Shown: one piece after another, positions 53,359 through 63,800 of the stretch
How positions within the stretch are numbered: position 1 is the stretch's first letter
How the letters are laid out: the number at the start of each line of letters is the position of its first letter
Source: Eubacteriales bacterium
GTDB lineage: Bacteria > Bacillota > Clostridia > Oscillospirales > CAG-382
Direction of reading: 5' to 3'
DNA: 64,000 bases
NCBI GenBank assembly: GCA_045637685.1
Contig: JAZTZW010000018.1
Location: forward strand, 52,004 to 116,003
Made by a program: the position numbers and the translations under genes
Notes under the pieces: model-generated
The model's input: only the letters and a program-made list of their open reading frames with translations
Told to the model about the DNA's origin: nothing
Databases searched by the model: none

Positions 53359-53757
53359 TTAATTTAATTCGTTGTTTTTACATTCGGGGCATACCCCGTA
53401 AAATACCGTTTCGTGCTTGGCGATGCGGAAATTGGTTTTTGCTTCGATAAATCTGTCGAGAGCATCGTTATATTCGGCTTCGAAGAAATCGCAGAATTTA
53501 CCGCATTTCGTACAGCTTATATGGTGGTGGGGCGAAAGGTCGCCATCGAACTTATCGGGCGAGTTGATAACCGAGATTCGCCTAATAGTTCCCATTTCAG
53601 CCAATCTGTTAAGATTGCGGTAAACCGTTCCGAGGCTTACGTTCGGCATTTCGTCGCGAATCATCGCGTAAACCTGTTCTGCCGTAGGGTGGGTTTTCGT
53701 TCCCTGCACCGCCGAAAGAATGACCGTTTTTTGCTTCGTTTGTCGCTCCTTTATCAT
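53359..53757 (-). CDS. Fur-family transcriptional regulator (PerR-like by context)
   Basis: [10 protein letters not shown]...HPTAEQVY...LGTVYRNL winged helix and CxxC...CxxC (CTKCG, CPEC). Lies immediately upstream of rubrerythrin. Start set to the ATG at 53757. Confidence 0.85.
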   Translation of the reverse strand: MIKERQTKQKTVILSAVQGTKTHPTAEQVYAMIRDEMPNVSLGTVYRNLNRLAEMGTIRRISVINSPDKFDGDLSPHHHISCTKCGKFCDFFEAEYNDALDRFIEAKTNFRIAKHETVFYGVCPECKNNELN

Positions 53758-53839
53758 ACGCGCCCCCTTATTGAGAATTATTTCTGATAAAAGGATATCA
53801 TAAATAATAATGTTTGTCAATAAGAAATTTATAATTTTC

Positions 53840-53868
53840 TTTACTTTTTTTAAAAATGATGATAAAAT
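53840..53868 (+). promoter_or_regulatory. extended -10 promoter of ygiQ
   Basis: TTTACT-17nt-TAAAAT preceded by TGn. Confidence 0.45.
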
Positions 53869-53900
53869 AGGTGTAACAAAAGCTTTTTGTGAGGTAATAT

Positions 53901-55769
53901 ATGCCGTTTTTGCCTATATTTGCGAATGAAATAGATTATCAGCCCGATTTTGTTATAGTTACGGGCGATGCATACGTCGACCACCCCTCGTTCGGCACAG
54001 CGATAATTTCACGCGTGCTCGAGGCGGAGGGTTACTCTGTTGCTATTATACCCCAGCCGAACTATAAAAGTAAAGAGGATTTTATGCGTTTCGGTCGACC
54101 TCGTTTGGCATTTTTAGTCAATTCGGGAAATATCGATTCTATGGTGGCGCATTACACCGCATCGAAAAAGCGCAGAAACGACGATTATTATTCCCCCGGC
54201 GCAAAGATAGGCAAACGCCCCGACAGAGCGGTTATAGTATATTGTAACCGAATTCGCGAGGCTTACGGCGACGTTCCTTTAATAATCGGCGGGCTGGAGG
54301 CATCTACCCGACGCTTCGCGCATTACGATTATTGGTCGGACAGCGTTCGCAGAAGCGTGCTTGTCGATTCGCGCGCGGATATGCTCACCTACGGTATGGG
54401 CGAAAATATTCTGCGCCGTATTGCCTTTTTGCTCGATAAGGGCGTGCCGATAAAAAAGATACGCGACGTGCGCGGCACCTGCTTTATCGAAAGCCGCGAT
54501 TTTAAGCCGCATTTCGAATACGAATTTTGCGGCGATTACGATGAAATAAAGACCGACAAGCGCGCGTTTGCAAAGGCTTTTAAAATACAGTCCGACAATC
54601 AGGACCATATATACGGCAAGGCGATTATCGAAGCCTACGGCGAAAAAATCTGCGTGCAGAATCCGCCGATGCCGCCGCTTACAAAAAAAGAGCTCGACGC
54701 GGTATATTCTTTGCCGTATATGCGCACCTACCACCCTGTATATGAAAAAGAGGGCGGCGTTCCCGCAATAGAAGAGGTTAAATTTTCTATCGCGCATAAC
54801 CGCGGCTGCTTTGGTGGGTGTAATTTCTGCTCTATCGCCTTTCATCAGGGGCGCACGGTCACCTCGCGCTCTATCGAATCCTGCGTTTCGGAAGCCGAGG
54901 CTATCGCCGCTATGCCCGATTTTAAGGGGTATATTCACGACGTGGGCGGTCCGAGCGCGAATTTCCGCACAAACGGCTGTGAAAAGGCAAAAAAATTCGG
55001 CGTTTGCAAGGGCAAAAACTGCCTAACGCCTACCGTTTGCAAGAATATGCAGGTCGACCACAGCGAATATATCGAGCTTTTAAAGAGAATAGAAGCGGTT
55101 AAGGGCGTTAAAAAGGTGTTTATACGCTCGGGCTTGCGCTACGATTATATTCTTGCCGACAAAAACAACAAATTCTTCCGCAAGCTGGTTAACGACCACG
55201 TTAGCGGTCATTTAAAGGTCGCGCCCGAGCATTGCTGTAACGACGTGCTTAAGCTTATGGGCAAGCCGAATATCGAGCAATACGATAAATTTAAAGAAAA
55301 GTTTGCCCTTCTTACCAAGGAAGCGGGCAAGGAGCAGTATATCGTTCCTTATTTAATATCCTCGCACCCCGGAAGCACGCTCGATTCGGCAATAGAGCTT
55401 GCGCTTTATTTAAAGAAAAACCGTTTGAACCCCGAGCAGGTGCAGGACTTTTATCCCACCCCCGGCACGGCGAGCACCTGTATGTTTTATTCGGGCATCG
55501 ACCCGTTCAGCGGTAAAGAGGTTTACGTTGCCCGCGATTACAACGAAAAGCAGATGCAACGCGCGCTTTTGCAGTTTGCGCGCCCCGCAAACGCGCCCCT
55601 TGTAAGAAAGGCGCTTATAAAGGCGGGCAGGGAAGAGCTTATCGGCAATTCGCCCGATTGCCTTGTTCGTCCCGAGCCGCAAAAACGCTTCGAAAAGCCG
55701 AAGGATAATCAAAGCCGCAAAACGGTTAAAAATAAAAGTAACGCACAAAGAAAGGGTAAAAGAAGATGA
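53901..55769 (+). CDS. ygiQ: YgiQ family (UPF0313) radical SAM protein
   Basis: N-terminal DFVIVTGDAYVDHPSFG, CxxxCxxC (CFGGCNFC), and a basic C-terminal tail. 622 aa. Confidence 0.9.
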   Translation: MPFLPIFANEIDYQPDFVIVTGDAYVDHPSFGTAIISRVLEAEGYSVAIIPQPNYKSKEDFMRFGRPRLAFLVNSGNIDSMVAHYTASKKRRNDDYYSPGAKIGKRPDRAVIVYCNRIREAYGDVPLIIGGLEASTRRFAHYDYWSDSVRRSVLVDSRADMLTYGMGENILRRIAFLLDKGVPIKKIRDVRGTCFIESRDFKPHFEYEFCGDYDEIKTDKRAFAKAFKIQSDNQDHIYGKAIIEAYGEKICVQNPPMPPLTKKELDAVYSLPYMRTYHPVYEKEGGVPAIEEVKFSIAHNRGCFGGCNFCSIAFHQGRTVTSRSIESCVSEAEAIAAMPDFKGYIHDVGGPSANFRTNGCEKAKKFGVCKGKNCLTPTVCKNMQVDHSEYIELLKRIEAVKGVKKVFIRSGLRYDYILADKNNKFFRKLVNDHVSGHLKVAPEHCCNDVLKLMGKPNIEQYDKFKEKFALLTKEAGKEQYIVPYLISSHPGSTLDSAIELALYLKKNRLNPEQVQDFYPTPGTASTCMFYSGIDPFSGKEVYVARDYNEKQMQRALLQFARPANAPLVRKALIKAGREELIGNSPDCLVRPEPQKRFEKPKDNQSRKTVKNKSNAQRKGKRR

Positions 55770-56146
55770 ACGCAGTAAAGGGATTCCACCACATAGCATT
55801 AAAGGCAAGCGATTTTGAAAAATCGGTTGAGTTTTATAAAGCTCTCGGCTTAACAGAGCGCGTGCGCTGGGACGGCGCGGTTATGCTCGATATGGGCGAC
55901 GGCGGCTGTATCGAAATTTTTGCAGGCGGCGAGGACAAGGAACGCGTTGACGAGCGATTTTTACACCTTGCTTTTAAGGTCGATGACGTTGAGCTTGCTT
56001 ATAACACCGCGATAAATGCGGGCGCAAAGAGCAAATCCGCCCCCTACGAGGCGTGCCCCCCGACAGCTGTTCCGCCGATAAAAATGCTGGTTGCGTTCGT
56101 TTACGGCCCCGACGGAGAATTGCTTGAATTCTTTAAGGAGATATAA
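55766..56146 (+). CDS. VOC/glyoxalase-family protein
   Basis: 126 aa with FHHIALKASDFEKSVEFY and HLAFKVDD metal-ligand patterns. The ATG overlaps the ygiQ stop. Confidence 0.8.
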   Translation: MNAVKGFHHIALKASDFEKSVEFYKALGLTERVRWDGAVMLDMGDGGCIEIFAGGEDKERVDERFLHLAFKVDDVELAYNTAINAGAKSKSAPYEACPPTAVPPIKMLVAFVYGPDGELLEFFKEI

Positions 56147-56172
56147 ACCGAAAATCTTTAAGGAGATACAGA

Positions 56173-56715
56173 ATGAGATTTGACGAATACGATTTCGCAA
56201 AGCCGTATCTTGCCCCCGATGAAACGGTGCTTTGGCAGGGTACTCCGCGAAGAATACTGCGGTTTTCTCGGAACGATTTGATTTCGATAGCATTCGGTTT
56301 GCTGTGGTGCGGTACGCTTGCGTGGGCGATATTTGAGCCTGCGGTAAAGCATAGCACGCAAATTTCGGTTGTTTCGGTTATAATGCTTTTGTTCGGCTTT
56401 GTAATGATGATAGGCAGAGTGTTTTACGATAAATTTATGCTGATGCATACCGCCTACGTTATTACAACGCGAAAAATCATTCGCAGATGCGGCAAAAAGG
56501 TCGAAACACTCGACGGCACGAATCTGCCCGAAATGCGAATCGATGCCCGCACCGACGGAAGCGGCACGATATATTTCGGGTACAGCGCCGGAATGCACTT
56601 CGGGTACAACAGATACCGCAGAAGATACAGCTATGAAAATACGGTCGTGTTTGCAATCGAAAACGTCGATGAGGTTGCAAAGGTCCAGCAATTTATATAT
56701 CAAATGAAAAAGTAA
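56173..56715 (+). CDS. hypothetical membrane protein, bacterial PH-domain-like topology
   Basis: Two hydrophobic helices after a short N-terminus, then a ~90-aa beta-rich C-terminal region. 180 aa. Confidence 0.6.
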   Translation: MRFDEYDFAKPYLAPDETVLWQGTPRRILRFSRNDLISIAFGLLWCGTLAWAIFEPAVKHSTQISVVSVIMLLFGFVMMIGRVFYDKFMLMHTAYVITTRKIIRRCGKKVETLDGTNLPEMRIDARTDGSGTIYFGYSAGMHFGYNRYRRRYSYENTVVFAIENVDEVAKVQQFIYQMKK

Positions 56716-56716
56716 T

Positions 56717-56747
56717 AAAAAAGGAAGGTTTGAAAACCTTCCTTTTT
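56717..56747 (+). terminator. rho-independent terminator
   Basis: aaaaaaggaaggtt-tgaa-aaccttccttttt. Confidence 0.65.
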
Positions 56748-56868
56748 CCGACCTATGTATTTGCGCAAATGCGGCAAAAACCGAAAAATTTTTGAATTTA
56801 TGTGACAAATGCCTGCTTTTTTGCGTCTATATAGGCTCGGATTGTAATGCTTTGGCTAAACGAAGGGA

Positions 56869-58035
56869 GTGTTATATATAAAAAAAATCATTATTTCGCT
56901 TTTGTTTATTTTGCTTTTGCTCGGCGGCTGTAATTCGGTTTCCGATAACGAAAGCTCTGCGGTATTGTCGGAGGTGTCCGAGCACGAAAGCCTGAGTGAA
57001 AGTGAAACCGAGTCTGATTTTTCCGACTCGCCCACAAACGAAAGCAACGTTTCCGACACAGAATCGAGCGAAGAGCAATCGACAGTGCTGCCGACCGACG
57101 ACCCTATGAATACTGCCGTAAAATACGGCGACACGGTGCACCTGCTTTGCTACAGAGCTCCGATAGGCGAAAAAGAAAACTACAAGAGCTTTGAATATAT
57201 CGGCGGAGCGGTGCTGAAGGTCGATGAAACGGCTTCACGCTTTATCGAAAATTCGGTCGGACTTCCCGCAGAATCGGCGGACGAGCTTTCAAAAGAGCTT
57301 ACAGCCCGATGGACCGATGAGGCAATATGCTGTGACGAAAGCTACGAATATCACCTTTACGTCAATATGGTAAATATGACGGTGAAGCCGTCGTTTACGA
57401 TTCCGAAGGATTGGGATTATAAATTAGATTCCGAAATCGGCAGCTTTAAGTACATCGATGAGGATTACGGCTGTCCCGAGGAAAGCGCAGACGGCGATAT
57501 ATTCGGCTACGACGACAGATTAACCCAAACCTGCTCCGATTGGTGCGGCTGTCTGAATTTCGTTTGTGATGTTCGCGCCTCCTCCACCCTCGAAAGTCAG
57601 GGCAAGACGAGCTACGATGCATCGCACCTGGCGGAATACACCCGCGAAAATATCTGGGCAGAGGGTGTAGAAGGCTACGGTATCGGCGAAAGCATTGAAA
57701 TTAAGCAGCTGTATAGGGGGGGCGGAGAAGCAGAGCTTACTTTTTACAGCATCTGTATTGTAAACGGCAACGCCAAAAGTGAAAAGAAATGGCGCGAAAA
57801 CGCACGTGTAAAAAGCTTAAAGCTTTATTACGAGGGCGAATATATGGGCTTGATTACTCTTGAGGATACTATGAATCCGCAGTATATCGACGTATCTGCG
57901 CTGCAAATGAAGGTCGGAAACGGCTTTGAAGCGAATTTTAAATTCGAAATCGTCGAGGTTTACGAGGGAAGCAAGTACGAGGACACCTGCCTTACGGGAA
58001 TACAAATCGATTTTACCGGTATATACGCACATTGA
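56869..58035 (+). CDS. hypothetical lipoprotein with acidic Ser/Glu-rich linker and C-terminal beta-sandwich (discoidin/glycan-binding-like) region
   Basis: Lipobox LLLGGC, low-complexity SESETESDFSDS, and a C-terminal WAEGVEGYGIGESIEI pattern. The GTG start abuts the SD, so the start is uncertain. Confidence 0.65.
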   Translation: MLYIKKIIISLLFILLLLGGCNSVSDNESSAVLSEVSEHESLSESETESDFSDSPTNESNVSDTESSEEQSTVLPTDDPMNTAVKYGDTVHLLCYRAPIGEKENYKSFEYIGGAVLKVDETASRFIENSVGLPAESADELSKELTARWTDEAICCDESYEYHLYVNMVNMTVKPSFTIPKDWDYKLDSEIGSFKYIDEDYGCPEESADGDIFGYDDRLTQTCSDWCGCLNFVCDVRASSTLESQGKTSYDASHLAEYTRENIWAEGVEGYGIGESIEIKQLYRGGGEAELTFYSICIVNGNAKSEKKWRENARVKSLKLYYEGEYMGLITLEDTMNPQYIDVSALQMKVGNGFEANFKFEIVEVYEGSKYEDTCLTGIQIDFTGIYAH

Positions 58036-58050
58036 TTGATATAAAAAATG

Positions 58051-58087
58051 AAAGAGAGAACGAAATTAAAAATCGTTCTCTCTTTTT
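58051..58087. terminator. bidirectional terminator hairpin
   Basis: aaagagagaacga-aattaaaaa-tcgttctctctttttt between convergent genes. Confidence 0.65.
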
Positions 58088-58094
58088 TGTTAAA

Positions 58095-60845
58095 TCAAGG
58101 CTGTTCGGGTGCGGGAGGTCCTGCAGGTTCTTCGGGAACGGTGGGGTCTTCGGGGTTAATCGGGGGTTCGGGAAGCACGGGTCCTTGCACCAAATGCTCG
58201 GTGCAGATGCGGTTTGCAGGTCTTTCGGTTACCGAATAGCCGAAGCTTATATTTTCGGGAAGCGCGTTTTGGAAGAAGGGCACGTTGGGGTCGGTCGGGT
58301 AGACGTAGCCAACGGGAACCTCCATATATGCGTACTGTGCATCCGCAACCTTTACGCTTCCGTAAAGCGCGCGGTCGGAAAGCGTCATCACACGGAATCC
58401 AACGCTTATTAGGTTGGATTGAGGACAGCCGCAGCCGTCAAGGCAGATACCACCCGTCGACTGGTCCCATTGAAGCATAATGTGCTTATCGCAGTATTCG
58501 GTGGGAGCTTCGCTTGCTTCGAACATACCCTTTGCAATACAGCTTCCGCCGCCCTGAAGATGATAAAGGTCGTTGCGGCAGGCGTCGGTCGCGAGCTTGC
58601 CCGAAACCGTGCAGTATTCAACGTCGGTCACGCAGGAGGCGGGGATATCGAATTTCTGCTGATAGCTTATATCGTTTTCCTCGTAATATTTGTAAATTTC
58701 CTTGAAAACGCTGTTCCAAAGGCTTGCCGCGGGGTTACCCGAAGCGGTAATAACGTTGTTTCGGTCGTAGCCGTACCAGCAGCAGGCAACGAAATCGGGG
58801 GTGTAGCCCGCAAAGTAAACGTCCTTTTTATCGTTGGTGGTACCGGTTTTGCCCGCAACCTCCAAGCCGTAATTTTTCCAGAAGGTCACGCGTGAAGCCG
58901 CTGTACCGCTTTCTACAACGTGGGTAAGCATTTCGGTAAGTATCGCGGCGGTGGTTTCGCGGTATTTAACATCGTGCTGCTCGCTGTTATCGAGTATTAC
59001 CTTGCCCGTGCTGTCGCGCACTATCGAATAGGTGCGCGCCTTCGAGGTGATTCCGCGGTTTGCAAGAGTTGCGTAAGCTTGCGTATGCTCGCGCACGGTT
59101 ACGCCATAGGTAAGACCGCCGAGCGCAAGGGGAGAGGTGTTTATATCCGAAAGGATAGTGCCGTTGGCAAGCGTTACCGAATCGACAAGCGTGGTATAGC
59201 CGTAATCCTTGAAGTTGTTATAAACGTTTTCAACGCCCATTTCCTCGCAAAGTCTTACAACAATGGTGTTGAGCGATTGCTGTATTGCATAGTCGGGCGA
59301 AACAAGGCCGACGTATTTGCCGCTCGAGTTACGCGGCCAATAGGTTTCGGTGTCCTCGTAATAAACGGGGGGAACGTCATCGACGGGGGTGCTCGGTGAA
59401 ATAACGCCGTTTTCAAGCGCGAGCGCGTAAATGGATAAAGGCTTTATCGAAGAGCCGCATTGACGGTAGGAATGCGTTGCGCGGTTAAGTCCTCGGCTTT
59501 CGCGCTTTTCGCCCAAGCCGCCGACTATTGCAAGAAGGTCGCCGGTTTCGGGGTCCATAATGCATATCGCCGATTGCGCCTGCATACCCGTCGTTTCGGG
59601 CCAATAGCTGCTGTCGGTAAATACCTTTTCGGCACAGCTTTGAATAACGGGGTCAAGGCAGGTAATTATCTGCAAGCCGCCCGAATAAAGCACCTGCGAG
59701 GCGGTTAGCTTGTCGTAGCCGTATTCCGCCATAAGGTCGGCTATTACGTCGTCCATAACCGCGTCGATGTAATAGGAATGGACGTTTTCGCTGTATTCCT
59801 CGTCGCTTCCGTCGGCAAGTGTTATGGGCGCGTCGTAGGCTTCGTTGAACTGCTCCTGCGTTATCTTGCCCTGCTCGAGCATAAGCTTAAGCACAAGGTT
59901 GCGTCTTGTAAGGTTGTTTTTGGGGTTGGAGATAGGGTCGTAGTGGGTCGGCCATTTACCGATAGAAGCGATAGACGCACATTCGGCAAGCGTTAGGTCG
60001 TTAAGCTCCTTGCCGAAGTAGGTTTCGGCGGCAACGCGCACGCCGTAAGACCCGTGCGAGAGATATATGGTGTTAAGATACATTTCCAATATCTCTTCTT
60101 TTGTATATTTCTCCTCGACGCTCAGCGCGCGGAATATTTCCTGCACCTTACGCTGAATAGTAGCCTCGTTATCACCCGTAACGTTCTTTATAAGCTGCTG
60201 GGTAATCGTCGAGCCGCCGCCGTAGTTGGAGCTTGTCGGGATAAAGAAGTTGTATATAGCCGAAGCCGTTCGCGTTGTATCTACACCGTTATGCTCGAGA
60301 AAACGCTGGTCCTCTACCGCGATGTAAGCGTCGATAAGCATTTGCGGTATTTCGGCATAGTTCGCCCACATACGGTTTTCCGAGCTTGCAAGCGTATCCT
60401 CCTCGAGCAAAATCTCGTTTCCGTTTTGGTCGACGTAATACATCGTGGTGGAAAGCGCCGAATCGAACTTCAGGTTATCCAGCTCGGTAAAGTTCGGGTC
60501 GACGTAGTTTTTGATATAAATTACGAACGCAACGGCAACCGCCGCACCCGTAATAATTCCCACGATAAGCACGGTAAGAAAGATGTTCAAAAGATAGGTG
60601 AGCACCTTGCGAACGATAAACAGCACGCTCGAGGCGGTCGCCTTTGCGGCGCGCGCGGTTTTGGTCTGCTTGCCGTCCTCTTCGCCGTTTTCCTTCTTTT
60701 TCCTTTGCTTTTTGTCCTCTACCGTATCAAAGGTTCGGGTGCTTGCTCCGCCCGCTTCTACCTTTGCGTTTATCGGCGCAAAATCACGCGTTGCCTCGTC
60801 GGCAGGTGTGTTTTCCTGCGGATTTTGAAGGTTGTTATCCTGCAT
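58095..60845 (-). CDS. PBP1A-family bifunctional penicillin-binding protein (glycosyltransferase + transpeptidase)
   Basis: GT51 motifs (EDQRFLEHNGVD, GGSTITQQL), transpeptidase SxxK (GSSIKP) and KTGT. N-terminal TM helix and Pro-rich C-terminal tail. 916 aa. Confidence 0.92.
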   Translation of the reverse strand: MQDNNLQNPQENTPADEATRDFAPINAKVEAGGASTRTFDTVEDKKQRKKKENGEEDGKQTKTARAAKATASSVLFIVRKVLTYLLNIFLTVLIVGIITGAAVAVAFVIYIKNYVDPNFTELDNLKFDSALSTTMYYVDQNGNEILLEEDTLASSENRMWANYAEIPQMLIDAYIAVEDQRFLEHNGVDTTRTASAIYNFFIPTSSNYGGGSTITQQLIKNVTGDNEATIQRKVQEIFRALSVEEKYTKEEILEMYLNTIYLSHGSYGVRVAAETYFGKELNDLTLAECASIASIGKWPTHYDPISNPKNNLTRRNLVLKLMLEQGKITQEQFNEAYDAPITLADGSDEEYSENVHSYYIDAVMDDVIADLMAEYGYDKLTASQVLYSGGLQIITCLDPVIQSCAEKVFTDSSYWPETTGMQAQSAICIMDPETGDLLAIVGGLGEKRESRGLNRATHSYRQCGSSIKPLSIYALALENGVISPSTPVDDVPPVYYEDTETYWPRNSSGKYVGLVSPDYAIQQSLNTIVVRLCEEMGVENVYNNFKDYGYTTLVDSVTLANGTILSDINTSPLALGGLTYGVTVREHTQAYATLANRGITSKARTYSIVRDSTGKVILDNSEQHDVKYRETTAAILTEMLTHVVESGTAASRVTFWKNYGLEVAGKTGTTNDKKDVYFAGYTPDFVACCWYGYDRNNVITASGNPAASLWNSVFKEIYKYYEENDISYQQKFDIPASCVTDVEYCTVSGKLATDACRNDLYHLQGGGSCIAKGMFEASEAPTEYCDKHIMLQWDQSTGGICLDGCGCPQSNLISVGFRVMTLSDRALYGSVKVADAQYAYMEVPVGYVYPTDPNVPFFQNALPENISFGYSVTERPANRICTEHLVQGPVLPEPPINPEDPTVPEEPAGPPAPEQP

Positions 60846-60874
60846 ATTTTATCTCCTTTCGGGAAGTGGGGCTT

Positions 60875-63800
60875 TTATTTTACCGCGATATTTTCCTTGC
60901 CCATTAGCTCGCGGAGCTGATTTAACAGCCGTTCGGATATTTTTGCCGTCTTGCCCTTTGCGGCGGCAAGCCGTTTTTCCTGCTCGAAATATACGAGTAT
61001 GCGTGAGCTTCCGCCGCTTTGTGCGGCAAGCGCGAGCGCGTCGTTCAAATGAAACTCGTTTTTCGGGGTGACCTTTATATAAAGCGATTTCGCATTTTCG
61101 CCGTCGTCTGTCGCAACGGGCGGGGCGTTTTTCAAAGCGTCCTCGGGCGTGCAAACCGATTTAAGCAGTATCGTAAGATTTTCGCTTCCCTCGTCGCCGT
61201 AAGCCTCTTTCATTTCGGGGTTGCCCGTAAAGACAAGCACTTTGCCCTCCGAAATTAAGCTTCCGCTTTCGGTATAAAGCGAGGGGAAGGCGATAAGCTC
61301 GCATTCGCCGGTTTCGTCCTCTGCCTCTATAAACGCCATTATATCATTCTTTTTTGTAACCTTTGAGCGTTTTTTTGTTACAAGTCCGATAAATTTTATT
61401 AAATTATTTTTCTTTATGGTTTTGTTTTCGAGCCCTTCGCGTATTTTTTCAAGCGTTAGCGCACCCGTTCTTTTAAGAATGTCGCCGTAGCCGTCGAGCG
61501 GGTGGCCCGAAAAGTAAAGGCCTGTCATTTCCTTTTCGCCCTTAAGCATTTCGCTTTTCAAAAGCTCGGGAAGGGTGGATTTCGGGAATTCGAACGCCGA
61601 TTCTTTAAAGCTGCTTTCGCCGCCGAAAAGGCTTATCTGCCCTTCGGAATTGCGGCTTCTGTCCTTCGAAACGGTTTCAAGCGCCTGCGCAAGCCCTGCC
61701 AAAATATGGCTTCTTTGCAACCCGAATTCATCCAACGCGCCTGCCGTTGCAAGCGATTCGAAGGTTTTTATGCTTCCGAGCTTCGCGCATCTGTCCAAAA
61801 AATCCTCAATGCTGTCGAACCTTCTGCGCGCGCGCTCGGCAATAACCCTATCGGCAAACAGCGCGCCGACATTTTTTATTGCCGCCAAGCCGAATCGAAG
61901 GTCGTTGCCCTCGACCGAAAAGCTTGTGCCGCTTTCGTTAACGCGCGGGGGCAGAATTTTTATGCCCATTCTCGCGCAGTCTGCGATATATTCGCCCACC
62001 TTTTCGTTATAGCCCATTACCGTGTTCAAAAGCGCGCACATATATTCGCGCGGGTAATGGCACTTTAACCATGCGGTGCGGTATGCAACCACGGCGTAAG
62101 CCGCGGCGTGGCTTTTGTTAAAGGCGTATTTCGCAAATTCGCTCATCTTGTCGAAAACGCGCTCCGCCGCTTCGGCGGGTACACCCTTTTCCTTTGCGCC
62201 CGCAAGGAAAATATCCTTTTCCTTAAGCATAACATCGAGCTTTTTCTTCGCCATCGCACGGCGTACTATATCTGCTCTGCCGTAGGAATATCCCGCCATT
62301 GTGCGGCATATTTGCATAACCTGCTCCTGATAAAGCATAACGCCGCAGGTCGGGGCAAGTATTTCCTTTAAGCAGGGGTGCTCGTATTCGGTTTTTTCGG
62401 GGCTTTGACGGTTTTTCAAAAATTCGTCTATCGAAAGCGCGGGGCCGGGGCGGTAAAGCGATATTACCGAAATTATATCCTCTAAATCGCGCGGCTTGAG
62501 CTTCGAAAGCAGGCTTCGCATACCCTCGCTTTCAAGCTGGAATATGCCGATAGCGTGCCCCTCCGAAAGCATTTCGTAGGTTGCCTTATCGTCAAGCGGA
62601 AGTGCTTCCGCCGAAAAATCGGGAATCTGCTTGCGTATCTGTTTTTCGGCGTATTCTATTATCGATAAAAACCGCAAGCCGAGAAAGTCCATTTTCAAAA
62701 GACCCAAATCGGCAACCGTATTCATCGGGAATTGCGTAACAACGGTGCTGTCGTTCACCGCCAAGGGTAGGTAGCTTGTCAGCGGCTCGTCGGTAATCAC
62801 CACGCCCGAGGCGTGCGTGCTTGTGTTTCTTGGTCTGCCCTCTAATTTTATGGCAGAATCGTAAAGCCGCTTTGCCGCCGGGTCGTTGTCGATGCGGTTT
62901 TTAAGCTCGGGGTTTTCGGTAACGGCGGATTCGAGCGTTACATCGAGATAGCGCGGTATCATTTTTGCAATCTCGTCGACCGAAGCATAGCTCATACCCA
63001 AGGCTCTGCCCGCATCGCGCACGGCTTGGCGCGCGGCAAGCTTACCGAAGGTGATTATCTGCGCGACGTGCGCTCTGCCGTATTTCGAGGAAACGTAATC
63101 TATTACCTCGCCCCTGCGCTCGTCGGAAAAATCTATATCAATATCGGGCATACTAACGCGTTCGGGGTTTAAAAACCGTTCGAACAGCAGGTTGAATTTT
63201 ATCGGGTCGACCTGCGTTATGCCCAAGGAATAGGTGCAAAGGCTTCCCACCGCGCTTCCTCTGCCGGAGCCGACGGGGATGCCGTTTTTGCGCGCGTAAT
63301 TAACAAAGTCCCAAACGATAAGCATATAGTCATCGAAGCCCATACTGTGAATAATCGAAAGCTCGTGCTCTATGCGTTCGTGATACAGCGAAATATCGCC
63401 GCTTAATCTGCCTGCGCCTGCAAGGCGTTCAAGCCCTTCAAGACAAAGCTTTTTTAAATACTGCTCGGAAGTTAGCGGTGCGGGTGCGCGGAACGCGGGC
63501 AGGTGCATATTTTCGAAATCGAAGGAAAAATCGCACATTTCGGCAATACGCACGGTGTTTTCGACAGCTTCGGGAACATCGCGGAAAAGTATTGCCATTT
63601 CGGAAGCCGATTTAATGTAATGCTCGCTGCCCTCCATACCGAATTCAAGCTCGTCGACCGTGCTGCCTGTTGAAATAGCGGTAAGCAAGCGCTGAATGCC
63701 TGCATCGCCGCGCGTGGTGTAGTGGGCGTCGTTGGTGGCGACAAGAGGTATTCCCAGCTCGCTTGAAAAGCGTATAAGGGCGCGGTTTACCTCCTCCTGC

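Noticed and set aside
53758-53840. A search for a PerR/Fur box (TTATAATnATTATAA-like 7-1-7) upstream of the Fur-family gene/rubrerythrin operon.
   Set aside because: Only half-site-like AT-rich fragments (TTATAAT, AGAAATAATTCT) were found, with no convincing palindrome. No operator could be supported.
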